DNA of 64,000 nucleotides from an uncultured bacterium (lineage in GTDB: Bacteria > Verrucomicrobiota > Kiritimatiellia > CAIKKV01), in contig CALHRZ010000010.1 of NCBI GenBank assembly GCA_938038445.1, positions 16,757 through 80,756 of the forward strand, given 5' to 3'. The notes under the pieces are model-generated. The model worked only from the letters and a program-made list of their open reading frames with translations. It searched no databases and was not told the origin of the DNA. The position numbers were made by a program, and so were the translations under genes. Of this stretch, positions 1 to 8,114 are shown piece after piece. Within the stretch, counting starts at the first letter, position 1, and the number at the start of each line of letters is the position of its first letter.

Positions 1-307
1 ATTTTTGGGCGCATCATTGCCGCCCATGTCAACGTCAAGGCCGATTTGCGGCGGCTTTACACGGTCGCATCGGGGCATTGTCTTGCGGGCGTTCGTCCGA
101 TTCCGGAAACCATGATTCGTCCTCCCCATGCGCCGCCGGATCCTTTTGAAGCAAATTCTTCCCCGTGATACTTGCTTTCGAGGAAATTCGGCGGCGGGGG
201 AAGAAGGTCTCAAGAAATCTTGCAGGTTCGTCGTGGGCTTTACCGTTTATGCCGGCCAGAGGACGGTGTGGACATGAAGTAATGCCGAACGATAGAGGGG
301 GCCGGGA

Positions 308-1771
308 TCAAGGTATTCCGGAATATGGGCGGGAGGATGCGTGGGAGTCCCGGTTGTTCGAGGGATTTCGGTTTTGAGGCGAGTAAAGCAGGGGAAGGGC
401 GGAAAAAAAGAGGAGGGCTACGGCACCGAGGCTGAGCCAGAGACCACGAAACGAACGGGCGCGGGCTTGCAGGGTCGCGGGCCGCCCCAGCGGCAGTACA
501 TAAACGGTGTTGTTGAAGGCGCCGTGAATGAGCACGGAATAGGAACCGGCTTCCACGACGGCGGGGCTTCCCCAGCGATTCTCCCCTTTATTGATTTTGT
601 CCCAGATCGGTCGTCCGGTGTAGTAGGAGGTGACGATGCGGCCGGTTCGTGCATCCAGCAAATGCAGGTGGTTATCCAGAGCGGCGATTAACAAATGGGG
701 GCGTCCCTCGAGGTGGAAGAACGCTGGGGCAGAGTAGATTTCTCCCCCCAGTGCGCGGCGCCAGATCAAGTGGCCGTCGGCGGCGCGGAGGGCATAGACG
801 TTGTAATCGTGTGAGCCGGCGAATACGACCGGTTCGCCCTCCACGACTCCGATGCAGGCGGAGTTATCGAACCAGTTTCCGGCCATTCGTTTCCATCGTT
901 CGCGGCCGGTGGCGGCATCGAGGGCGATGAGGTTACCGAACTTGGATCCCAGGACGAGAACCGGTTTGTCGTCCTGGTCCCAGACGGCGGGCGCTCCCAT
1001 GACCTCGTGGGGCATCTGGTAAGTCCAACGCAACTGGGGGGTGGCGGTTTCGACTGTGAAACATTGCAGCAAGCCTTTTCGCGCGCAGATTGCGACGTGT
1101 GGGGTGCCGTGAATTCGGAACCCGATCGGTTCGCTGACATAGCCGCGGCTGACTTCGACACGCGCCCGGAGGGTACCGTCTTCGGGATGGAGCACATACA
1201 GCCATCCGCGTTGTTCATTGCGGGCGATCGAGCGATCGTACACAAATCCCCCCACGTAGAGGCGTTCTTCGAACAGCAGCGGTGCGGTCATTTCCGCTTC
1301 TCCGAGCGTTGGCCTTGCCGGCTCTAGTTCTCGAGTCCAGAGTGTTGTACCGGTTTGGGCATCCAGAGCGTAGAGGGTTCGGTCGTTGGAAGCCAGAAAG
1401 ACTGCGAGGCGTCCGCGAATATAACCCACAGCGGGGGGTGCGACGATTTCGGCGTTGGTCATCCGCCGCCAGAGGATGCGGGTGTTGACAAGGTCGAGAG
1501 CGTGGAGGGTTTGGTCATATCCCCCCAGGAAGGCTATGGGTCGGCCGTCGAGCATTGCGAGCGCGGGGGATGCCCAGACCGTCTGGCCGGGTTTGTAGCG
1601 TTGTTTTGCTTTCCATTCGTAATGCCATTCGGGGATTTCGATGGGATGGTTCGACTGCATGGTTGCGTCTCCTGCAGCGGACCGGCGTGCGGCGGGCCAT
1701 GGGTCTTCGGGGCTTGCCGGAAGAACGGTAGGGATGCAGAGGGCGATCGGGAGGAGGAGGGTCAACCGCAT
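308..1771 (-). CDS. Secreted PQQ-like beta-propeller repeat protein (BamB/PQQ_2-type repeats)
   Basis: The translation has repeated motifs (YALDAQTGTTLWTRELE, LYVLHPEDGTLRARVEV, VYALRAADGHLIWRRALGG) typical of PQQ-enzyme-like beta-propeller blades. The start was trimmed to the ATG at 1771 (MRLTLLLPIALCIP..., signal-peptide-like); this overlaps the upstream gene stop (1762-1764) by 10 nt. It is the last gene of the minus-strand operon. Confidence 0.6.
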   Translation of the reverse strand: MRLTLLLPIALCIPTVLPASPEDPWPAARRSAAGDATMQSNHPIEIPEWHYEWKAKQRYKPGQTVWASPALAMLDGRPIAFLGGYDQTLHALDLVNTRILWRRMTNAEIVAPPAVGYIRGRLAVFLASNDRTLYALDAQTGTTLWTRELEPARPTLGEAEMTAPLLFEERLYVGGFVYDRSIARNEQRGWLYVLHPEDGTLRARVEVSRGYVSEPIGFRIHGTPHVAICARKGLLQCFTVETATPQLRWTYQMPHEVMGAPAVWDQDDKPVLVLGSKFGNLIALDAATGRERWKRMAGNWFDNSACIGVVEGEPVVFAGSHDYNVYALRAADGHLIWRRALGGEIYSAPAFFHLEGRPHLLIAALDNHLHLLDARTGRIVTSYYTGRPIWDKINKGENRWGSPAVVEAGSYSVLIHGAFNNTVYVLPLGRPATLQARARSFRGLWLSLGAVALLFFSALPLLYSPQNRNPSNNRDSHASSRPYSGIP

Positions 1772-2826
1772 GGGCGATTCCAATCGTCCACGACCGTCAA
1801 AGCGTTTTGGGGGCAGCGATCGACGCATTTCATGCAGAAATGGCATTCGGCGGGTTCGATATGACCGTTGTGAACGGATTCCACACCGCAGACGCGGTCG
1901 CAAGCGCCGCAGGAGACGCATCGGGAGGGGTCATGCACGATGGTTCGGACGCTGCATCGCCCCGCCCATGCGATTGCAGCCCGCCAGGGGCAGAGGTACC
2001 GGCACCAGACGTGGGGGATCAGAAGAGCGGCGAGAATGACCATGCCGGTTGAAAGCAGCGAGGCGGGGTCGTACACCTTGGCGAAGCCGAGATGGACGGG
2101 AGAGGTCACACGGAGGCTGAGGAAGGATGCGGCGGTTACCAAGCCGAAAGAGACCCAGCGGAGCCTGCGTAAGGGCCGGTCCCAGCGGGCCGTGTTCCAC
2201 GTGACGAGCAGCGTGATCAGAACGAGGACTTCGGACCAATAGATGGAGGCATCTTCGATAAAAAAGAGCCGGGTAACACTGAGGCGGATCATCCAGAGAA
2301 TGAACACGGCCATCAAGACGAGGGCGCCGGCGAAGGCGAGACGGGAGAACGGCCATCCCTGCTCTTTACGCCGGAGGTTCCATCGAGCCGTGAGGGTCCC
2401 GATCCACTCTTGGAGTGCTCCGGTGGGGCAAATCCAGCCGCAGAAGGCGGGTCCGAACAGCATGGAGGTGGTCAGGATGACGGCGGGAACGGAGCAGTAG
2501 TACAGGGCGACGATATTCTCTCGGCCGATTTCGGTTAGTCCGCGATGAAAGTTGCGGATCATGCCGAAGACGCCGAGACAGGTGAAGACCACGAAGATGA
2601 AGACGATCACACCGAGGATCTGGTTGAACATCCGCCATCGCTGGCGATGGCGGGGGGGGAAGAGAATGGGAAGGATAGCGAGAAGGCCGAGTGCCAGGAT
2701 GGTGAGGAGTTCGACGTAACTGCCCTCCATGCCGAGGAGTGCGCGTTCGACGATTTTGATATTGCCCGTTGCGTCTGAGAGGAAGGTTTCCAGCCGATCG
2801 AATGCCGAAGAGGGACCTGTGTTCAT
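1762..2826 (-). CDS. Membrane polyferredoxin, NapH/MauN/CcoG-like 4Fe-4S binding protein
   Basis: Multiple TM segments carry CGWICP and CRYLCP motifs. The C-terminus has two ferredoxin-type clusters (CVSCGACDRVCG ... CHFCMKCVDRCP). The start at ATG 2826 overlaps the upstream ABC ATPase stop (ATGA at 2823-2827). Confidence 0.6.
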   Translation of the reverse strand: MNTGPSSAFDRLETFLSDATGNIKIVERALLGMEGSYVELLTILALGLLAILPILFPPRHRQRWRMFNQILGVIVFIFVVFTCLGVFGMIRNFHRGLTEIGRENIVALYYCSVPAVILTTSMLFGPAFCGWICPTGALQEWIGTLTARWNLRRKEQGWPFSRLAFAGALVLMAVFILWMIRLSVTRLFFIEDASIYWSEVLVLITLLVTWNTARWDRPLRRLRWVSFGLVTAASFLSLRVTSPVHLGFAKVYDPASLLSTGMVILAALLIPHVWCRYLCPWRAAIAWAGRCSVRTIVHDPSRCVSCGACDRVCGVESVHNGHIEPAECHFCMKCVDRCPQNALTVVDDWNRPCG

Positions 2827-3827
2827 GGAGCAGTCTCCTGGCCGAAAAGGTGGAGGTGTTGGGGGTCCCAGCGAACGGAGACGCGGGCGCCCGAAACCAC
2901 GTAATCGGGAAGGGGTTTTCCGAGGTGGGCGATCCATCGCCGATTGGAACCAAGCGAAAGTTCGACTTCATGGAAGGCACCGCGGTCGCGGCAGGCCAGG
3001 ATGGTGGCAAGGCATCCTGTTTGGGGGTTGGGAGAGTCCAGAAGGAGATGTTCCGGGCGGAGCATGGCCAAGGTATCGTTCGGGCAACCGAATTCCCGGG
3101 CGGGGCAAACGTTTTCCGCGCCGAGGAATCGGGCGATTTCGGGGTTGGCCGGGTGGTGGAAGAGTTCCTCGACTGGGGCGAGCTGCCCGAGGCGGCCGTG
3201 AAGGAGAACGCCGCACAGACCGTTAAGGGTCCAAGCTTCCTCGCGGTCGTGTGTAACATGGATGGTGGCGGTTCCCAATTCTTCGTGAACCAGGGTCAGG
3301 CATTCGTGAAGTTCGCGTCGCGAGTTGGGGTCCAACATGCCGAGGGGTTCGTCGAGGAGGAGGAGTTGGGGCTCGATTGCGAGGGCGCGCGCGAGGGCGA
3401 GTCGTCGGCCTTCGCCGCCGGAGAGGAGGCCGGCGCGGTAATGGGCACGGTGCGTGAGGCGGAAAAGGTCGAGAAAGCGGCGGATTCGGGCAAGGCGGTC
3501 GGTTTGGGAGAGGGGGAGGAAGCGGAGTCCGAACGCGATATTTTCCTGCACGGTGAGATGGGGAAAGAGATCATTGGCCTGGGCGACGTAGGCCATCTGA
3601 CGCTGTTCCGGCGGAAGCCGTCCGATGGGGCGGCCGTCGAGTCGGATGGCGGTAGGAGGGGAGCGATAGACCCCGGCGAGGAAGCGGAGCAGGGTCGTCT
3701 TTCCGCAGCCGGAGGGGCCGAGCAATACGAGCCATGCTCGGGCCGGCAGTTCGAAGGAGATGGGACCGAAATGAAATTCGCCCAGTTGTGCTTCCAGTTC
3801 GTGCACTTCCAGGAGGGGGACGCTCAT
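2823..3827 (-). CDS. ABC transporter ATP-binding protein, molybdate/tungstate/sulfate type with C-terminal TOBE-like domain
   Basis: Walker A GPSGCGKTT, signature LSGGEGRRLALARAL and Walker B LLLLDEP are present. The C-terminal ~100 aa resemble a TOBE/ModE-type oxoanion-binding domain. The start ATG (3825-3827) overlaps the permease stop (3824-3826) as ATGA. Confidence 0.7.
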   Translation of the reverse strand: MSVPLLEVHELEAQLGEFHFGPISFELPARAWLVLLGPSGCGKTTLLRFLAGVYRSPPTAIRLDGRPIGRLPPEQRQMAYVAQANDLFPHLTVQENIAFGLRFLPLSQTDRLARIRRFLDLFRLTHRAHYRAGLLSGGEGRRLALARALAIEPQLLLLDEPLGMLDPNSRRELHECLTLVHEELGTATIHVTHDREEAWTLNGLCGVLLHGRLGQLAPVEELFHHPANPEIARFLGAENVCPAREFGCPNDTLAMLRPEHLLLDSPNPQTGCLATILACRDRGAFHEVELSLGSNRRWIAHLGKPLPDYVVSGARVSVRWDPQHLHLFGQETAP

Positions 3828-5194
3828 GGGGAGTCTATTCTCCAGTCATGCAAGGTGGGGATACGGCGGGCGGCGTATTGGAGCAGAAAGAAAAGGGCAA
3901 GTGAGGCGATCAGGAGAAGGGTCACGAAAGGGGTTGTTTCCACCAGTCCTTGCCGTTCGAAACGATAGAAGATTGCGATGGGAGCCACGGGAGGATCGGC
4001 GGTCATGAAGTAGACGGCGCCGAATTCCCCTGCGGCCCGCGCCCAGGCGAGAACGGCGGCAAGGAATAGACCGCGGCGGGCAAGGGGAAGGACGAGAAAC
4101 CGGAACGCCCCCCAGGCATTGGCCCCGAGGTGGCGGGCGGCCAGTTCGAGGTCGGGTGGGACGGCATCGAAAGCCGCAATCGCGGGTTTCACCAGAAAGG
4201 GAAACGCGGTGAACATCTGGGCGATTACGATCCCGGCGACGCTTCCGTCCAGGGCGACACCCCATCGTGATTCGAGCCAAGCGCCGAGGGGTTGGGTCCG
4301 GCTGAAAACGGAGAGGAGGGCGATTCCGGCGGCGGACTGGGGAATGATGATGGGGACATCCATGAGGGCGAGGACGAGGGTTTTGCCGCGAAACGTCAGG
4401 CGGCTGAGGCCGTATGCGAGTGGAATGCCTAGGAGGGCAAGGCCGAGTGTGGAGAGGCAGGCGGTTCCGGCGGTCAGGAGAATCGCGTGGCGGGTTTCTG
4501 CCCGTTCCAATTCGACGGCGAGAGTTGCGGTGGACTGGCTGAGGAGGAGGACCAGGACGGGGAGAAGGACCAGGGCCAACGCGGCAAGTCCGATTCCCAG
4601 GCCGAGCAGAGCGGCGGGATTAGAGGGATGGGCGTGGGCGGTCAGTATGGAGCGGAGAAGAAGGGCCAATAGGATTGCGGATTCCCAGGCGTAGGGCTGG
4701 AAAAGGGTAAAGGCGAGGACGAGGATCCAGAACCATGCGAGGAGGCGGAAATCGCGTCCGGTAGCGCACAACCCCATTACGGCAAGGAGAAAAAGCGGTT
4801 CCGCATGAGGCAGACGGACAATGAAGAGATAAAAGAGCGCCAGGTAGCTCAGGGCGAAAACTATTCCGTAGCGTAGGGGGCGCTGTTCGAAAATGTTCCA
4901 AGCCACATAGACCGTGAGGAGGCTGACGAGAAGCAAGGCGCCACTGGTCAGCGAATCGGGCGCCAACCGATGACCGACAAGAGCATGGGCGGCATTCAGG
5001 AACAGTACGGCGCTTCCCATGAGTTGTGGGATCTGACGGCGTGCCATCCCAACGGACAAAAGGCCGTTGAGCGCAAGGAGTCCGAGGCTGAACGGTTCGA
5101 GGGGATCGAGCCGGCCGGAGGTTCCCAGAGCCAAATGGCCCAGAAGGTGAGCGCCGAGCAATAGGAAAGGTAGCCATGAAAGAAAAGAATTCAT
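3824..5194 (-). CDS. ABC transporter permease (ModB/CysTW/TupB-type) fused to an extra N-terminal ~200-aa polytopic membrane domain
   Basis: The C-terminal half has the classic EAA-loop region (AARHLGANAWGAFRFLVLPLARRGLFLAAVLAWARAAGEFGA). The N-terminal ~200 aa are additional hydrophobic helices. A strong RBS (GGAGGGGA) precedes the ATG at 5194. Confidence 0.65.
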   Translation of the reverse strand: MNSFLSWLPFLLLGAHLLGHLALGTSGRLDPLEPFSLGLLALNGLLSVGMARRQIPQLMGSAVLFLNAAHALVGHRLAPDSLTSGALLLVSLLTVYVAWNIFEQRPLRYGIVFALSYLALFYLFIVRLPHAEPLFLLAVMGLCATGRDFRLLAWFWILVLAFTLFQPYAWESAILLALLLRSILTAHAHPSNPAALLGLGIGLAALALVLLPVLVLLLSQSTATLAVELERAETRHAILLTAGTACLSTLGLALLGIPLAYGLSRLTFRGKTLVLALMDVPIIIPQSAAGIALLSVFSRTQPLGAWLESRWGVALDGSVAGIVIAQMFTAFPFLVKPAIAAFDAVPPDLELAARHLGANAWGAFRFLVLPLARRGLFLAAVLAWARAAGEFGAVYFMTADPPVAPIAIFYRFERQGLVETTPFVTLLLIASLALFFLLQYAARRIPTLHDWRIDSP

Positions 5195-6070
5195 TTACGG
5201 TTCCCCTCCGTAGGCGGCGATATCCGCGAATTGGGCGTAATCTTGGCGGCTGCCAAAAAAGACGGGCTTCAGCCGGCGGAATCCTCGATCGGTCCATTCC
5301 ACGCGGTCGGGGCTGATGAGGTAGCGCAAAAGGGATTCTGCTTCGCGGGGATGGGCGCTATCGGGGGGAATGGTGGCCGCGAATCGGATGGGGGCGGTTT
5401 CGTCCGATTCGGTTGAGAAGTTGATGGCGGAGTCGAGTGCGATGAACCGAATTTCATGCATCAGGGCAGCGGAGCGGAACAGGAAGGCATAATCTACATC
5501 GCCGGTTTTCAGACGGGCGGCCACCGTGCCGATATCGTCGGCGACTAGGAAGGTTTTTTCGCGCAATTCTTCTGCAAGCCCGGGATAGCCTTTTTGTTCC
5601 ATTCGTTTCCACAAGCGGAGTGTATAAAGGCCGGCGGGGCTTTGAATTTCGTCGGTTCGGGCCAGTCGGATACCGGGGGCGCGGAGTGCGGCGACCCAAT
5701 CACGTTCTGCCAGATCGGGATTGGGGGCGCGAAGACCGACGGCCAGGACCATTTCGTCGGAAAGCCAGACGAGATGCCAGCGGAAACGGCCGCGGCCCGT
5801 GGTAGCGAAAAAGGAGGGATCGGCCGACAGGAGGAGATCGCACGGGCGGCCGAGTTCCGTATAGCGACGGATGAGATTTCCGCTGCTGCCGGCTTCGGCG
5901 CGGATGCGGAGGCCGAGGTGTTGGGCCGCTGTGGGATAGAGATCTCGCAAGACAGGCTCGAAAACGGCAGCGTGGAACACTTGCAGAGTGGGAGGGGGTG
6001 GGGTACGGGAACAGCCGGGACACAGAACGGCCGAAACGATCCAAAAGAGGAGCAGTTGGAATCCTTTCAT
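5195..6070 (-). CDS. Periplasmic substrate-binding protein, molybdate/tungstate (ModA/WtpA-like) family
   Basis: The start was trimmed to the ATG at 6070 (MKGFQLLLFWIVSAV..., signal peptide). VFHAA..., EAGSSGNLIRRYTELG and LLLSADPSFF resemble the WtpA/ModA-type PBP family. The start overlaps the upstream stop (ATGA at 6067-6070). Confidence 0.6.
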   Translation of the reverse strand: MKGFQLLLFWIVSAVLCPGCSRTPPPPTLQVFHAAVFEPVLRDLYPTAAQHLGLRIRAEAGSSGNLIRRYTELGRPCDLLLSADPSFFATTGRGRFRWHLVWLSDEMVLAVGLRAPNPDLAERDWVAALRAPGIRLARTDEIQSPAGLYTLRLWKRMEQKGYPGLAEELREKTFLVADDIGTVAARLKTGDVDYAFLFRSAALMHEIRFIALDSAINFSTESDETAPIRFAATIPPDSAHPREAESLLRYLISPDRVEWTDRGFRRLKPVFFGSRQDYAQFADIAAYGGEP

Positions 6071-6867
6071 GGGAGGGGCGAACGTTCCTTGGGGTTTTGG
6101 AACACGGCCAGTGCGGCTCCCAGGGCGACGACGGTCTGGGGCGAAGGTGGGACCCAGATGCGGACGCCGAGATTTTCCTCCAGTGTATCGAGCAACGCGC
6201 GGTTGAGGGCGCCGCCGCCGACGAAGGCGAGAATTTCGCGGGGACCGATTCGGCGCACCATCGCGGCGATGCGATCTGCGATGGCCTGATGGGCGGCGGC
6301 TGCGATATCGGCCTTTGCGACATTCCGGGCGAGGAGTGAGACGACTTCGCTTTCCGCGAAGACGGCGCACGTGGAGTTCATATGGATGGGGACGGTGGAG
6401 GAGCGAGCGGCCTGAATAAATTCCGGCATTGAAAGATCGAGCTTTCGTGCCAGCATTTCAAGGAAACGACCTGTTCCAGCCGCGCATTTGTCGTTCATGG
6501 CAAAATCCTGCACGTCGCCCGTGTCGGCCAGAGCAATGACTTTGGTATCCTGGCCGCCGAGGTCAAGGACGGTTCGGATGGGGCCATGCGGGGAACCGAG
6601 AAATCGGGCACCGAGGGCCGAGGCCCGGATTTCGGTAATGATGAGATCACCCATTCCGGCTAGACGCCGACCGTACCCTGTGACGGCGACGGCCCCGACG
6701 GCTTGAGGGGAGAGATTGGCCTGGGCCAATACTCCGTCCAGCACCTGGCGGGCGCTATCGGCGGGCAGGATGGCGTTTGAGAGGACGACGCCGGCGATCA
6801 GCCGGGTGCCGTCGAAGAGAACGGCTTTGCTGGTGGTGGATCCGATATCGAGCCCGGCGGCGATCAT
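6067..6867 (-). CDS. BadF/BadG/BcrA/BcrD-type ATPase (CoA-substrate-specific enzyme activase, HgdC-like)
   Basis: The N-terminus MIAAGLDIGSTTSKAVLFDG is the acetate/sugar-kinase-fold signature of HgdC/activator ATPases. The later VGGGALN motif also fits. The start overlaps the upstream stop (ATGA at 6864-6867). Confidence 0.7.
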   Translation of the reverse strand: MIAAGLDIGSTTSKAVLFDGTRLIAGVVLSNAILPADSARQVLDGVLAQANLSPQAVGAVAVTGYGRRLAGMGDLIITEIRASALGARFLGSPHGPIRTVLDLGGQDTKVIALADTGDVQDFAMNDKCAAGTGRFLEMLARKLDLSMPEFIQAARSSTVPIHMNSTCAVFAESEVVSLLARNVAKADIAAAAHQAIADRIAAMVRRIGPREILAFVGGGALNRALLDTLEENLGVRIWVPPSPQTVVALGAALAVFQNPKERSPLP

Positions 6868-8114
6868 CTCAGAGTCTCCAAAAAGGCTTCGACCCGTACT
6901 CGGAGCTGTTCGGTGTCTTCGAGACTGTAGTCGGTCCGAAGGGTGAGGAGAGGGATGCCACGGGCCTTGAGGACCCGTTCCAGCCGACCGGTTTCGAGGT
7001 CGAAGGGTTGACAGAGGCGGAGAGCGTAATTGACGACGCCGTGGGCGTTGGAGCGTTCGACGAGATCAAGGATTCGATTGAAACGGTTGATGGAGTCAGT
7101 GAAACAAGGGCAAGGGGATCCGAAGACCGATCGGGCCGCGAGCGCTCGGAGGAGTGCATTCCAGCCGGATTCATCGGTGAGGGCGGGATCCGCGCAGGAT
7201 TGGATACCGGTACAGAGCGTATCGGCTACGAGGTCGGCGCCGGATTCTTCGAGGACTTGGATGGGTTTGAAATTGGGCCAGACGATGGGGGCGCCGGTCA
7301 AAATCAGTCGGGGGCGGAGCCGTTTGCGTTCCGGTTGGAAGGATTCGGCGTAGCGTACGGCTTTTTCGGCTTCCGGTAGCCATTCGGCAAGGGGGGTGGG
7401 AGAGAAGAGCGAAGACTGAATGATGAGGAACGCGTCCTGCAGACTCATGGATTCGGGGTGGGCGATCCGAGCCTCTTGGAGGCGGCGCGACAGGGCGGCG
7501 CGTTGGTTTGAATCATTGATCGCCAGTTGCAAGGCATCTCGTCGGATCCGGCGGCCGGTTCGTCTTGCGATGAAATCGGCAAGGCGATTATATTCATCGG
7601 TCATCGCGTGGGCGTAACGAGTCGGATCGGGGTTGGGAGGGAGCGACAGACTGAAGACCGTCTTGAAATCGGCCAACCATTCGATGAGTTTTCGTTTGGG
7701 GTCACAGGAGGCGGGTACGACCCAGGCGTTGCAGGAATTGGGGAGAGGGTTTCGGCTGGACACGAGGCCGAGCGTTGCCTTGGCGAGTGGGCAGATATCG
7801 CCGACGACGAGTTCTTCACCGGCCAGGAGTGCGGCGCTGCTGCCACAATCGAAGCGGAGGGTTTCGGCGTTGACGGCCCAGAAAAGTTCCGGAGGGGCGA
7901 AATTACAGAGGAGGCCGAACCGGCGAGTTTGAGGGGGAGAAAGGGAGGGGTTGAGGAGTTGTTGTTCGAACCAGGCGATGTTGGGTGGGCGCCGAGGGAT
8001 CTCGTGGAGTCGGCGGCGTTGTTCTTCCAGAACCGCGTGTTGTTTACGGCGGAGGGAAAGCCGGTCGGACCAGATTGGGGGAAGTTGATAGGGATGGTCG
8101 GGTGGGGACGTCAT
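6864..8114 (-). CDS. 2-hydroxyacyl-CoA dehydratase family protein (HgdB/BcrC/double-cubane-cluster-protein-like)
   Basis: The start was trimmed to ATG 8114 (MTSPPDHPYQ...), preceded by a GGAG RBS and overlapping the upstream polyferredoxin stop (ATGA at 8111-8114). Conserved Cys residues (DTLCTGIQSCADP; CPCF) and the overall pattern resemble PF06050 family members that pair with HgdC-like activators. Confidence 0.5.
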   Translation of the reverse strand: MTSPPDHPYQLPPIWSDRLSLRRKQHAVLEEQRRRLHEIPRRPPNIAWFEQQLLNPSLSPPQTRRFGLLCNFAPPELFWAVNAETLRFDCGSSAALLAGEELVVGDICPLAKATLGLVSSRNPLPNSCNAWVVPASCDPKRKLIEWLADFKTVFSLSLPPNPDPTRYAHAMTDEYNRLADFIARRTGRRIRRDALQLAINDSNQRAALSRRLQEARIAHPESMSLQDAFLIIQSSLFSPTPLAEWLPEAEKAVRYAESFQPERKRLRPRLILTGAPIVWPNFKPIQVLEESGADLVADTLCTGIQSCADPALTDESGWNALLRALAARSVFGSPCPCFTDSINRFNRILDLVERSNAHGVVNYALRLCQPFDLETGRLERVLKARGIPLLTLRTDYSLEDTEQLRVRVEAFLETLR

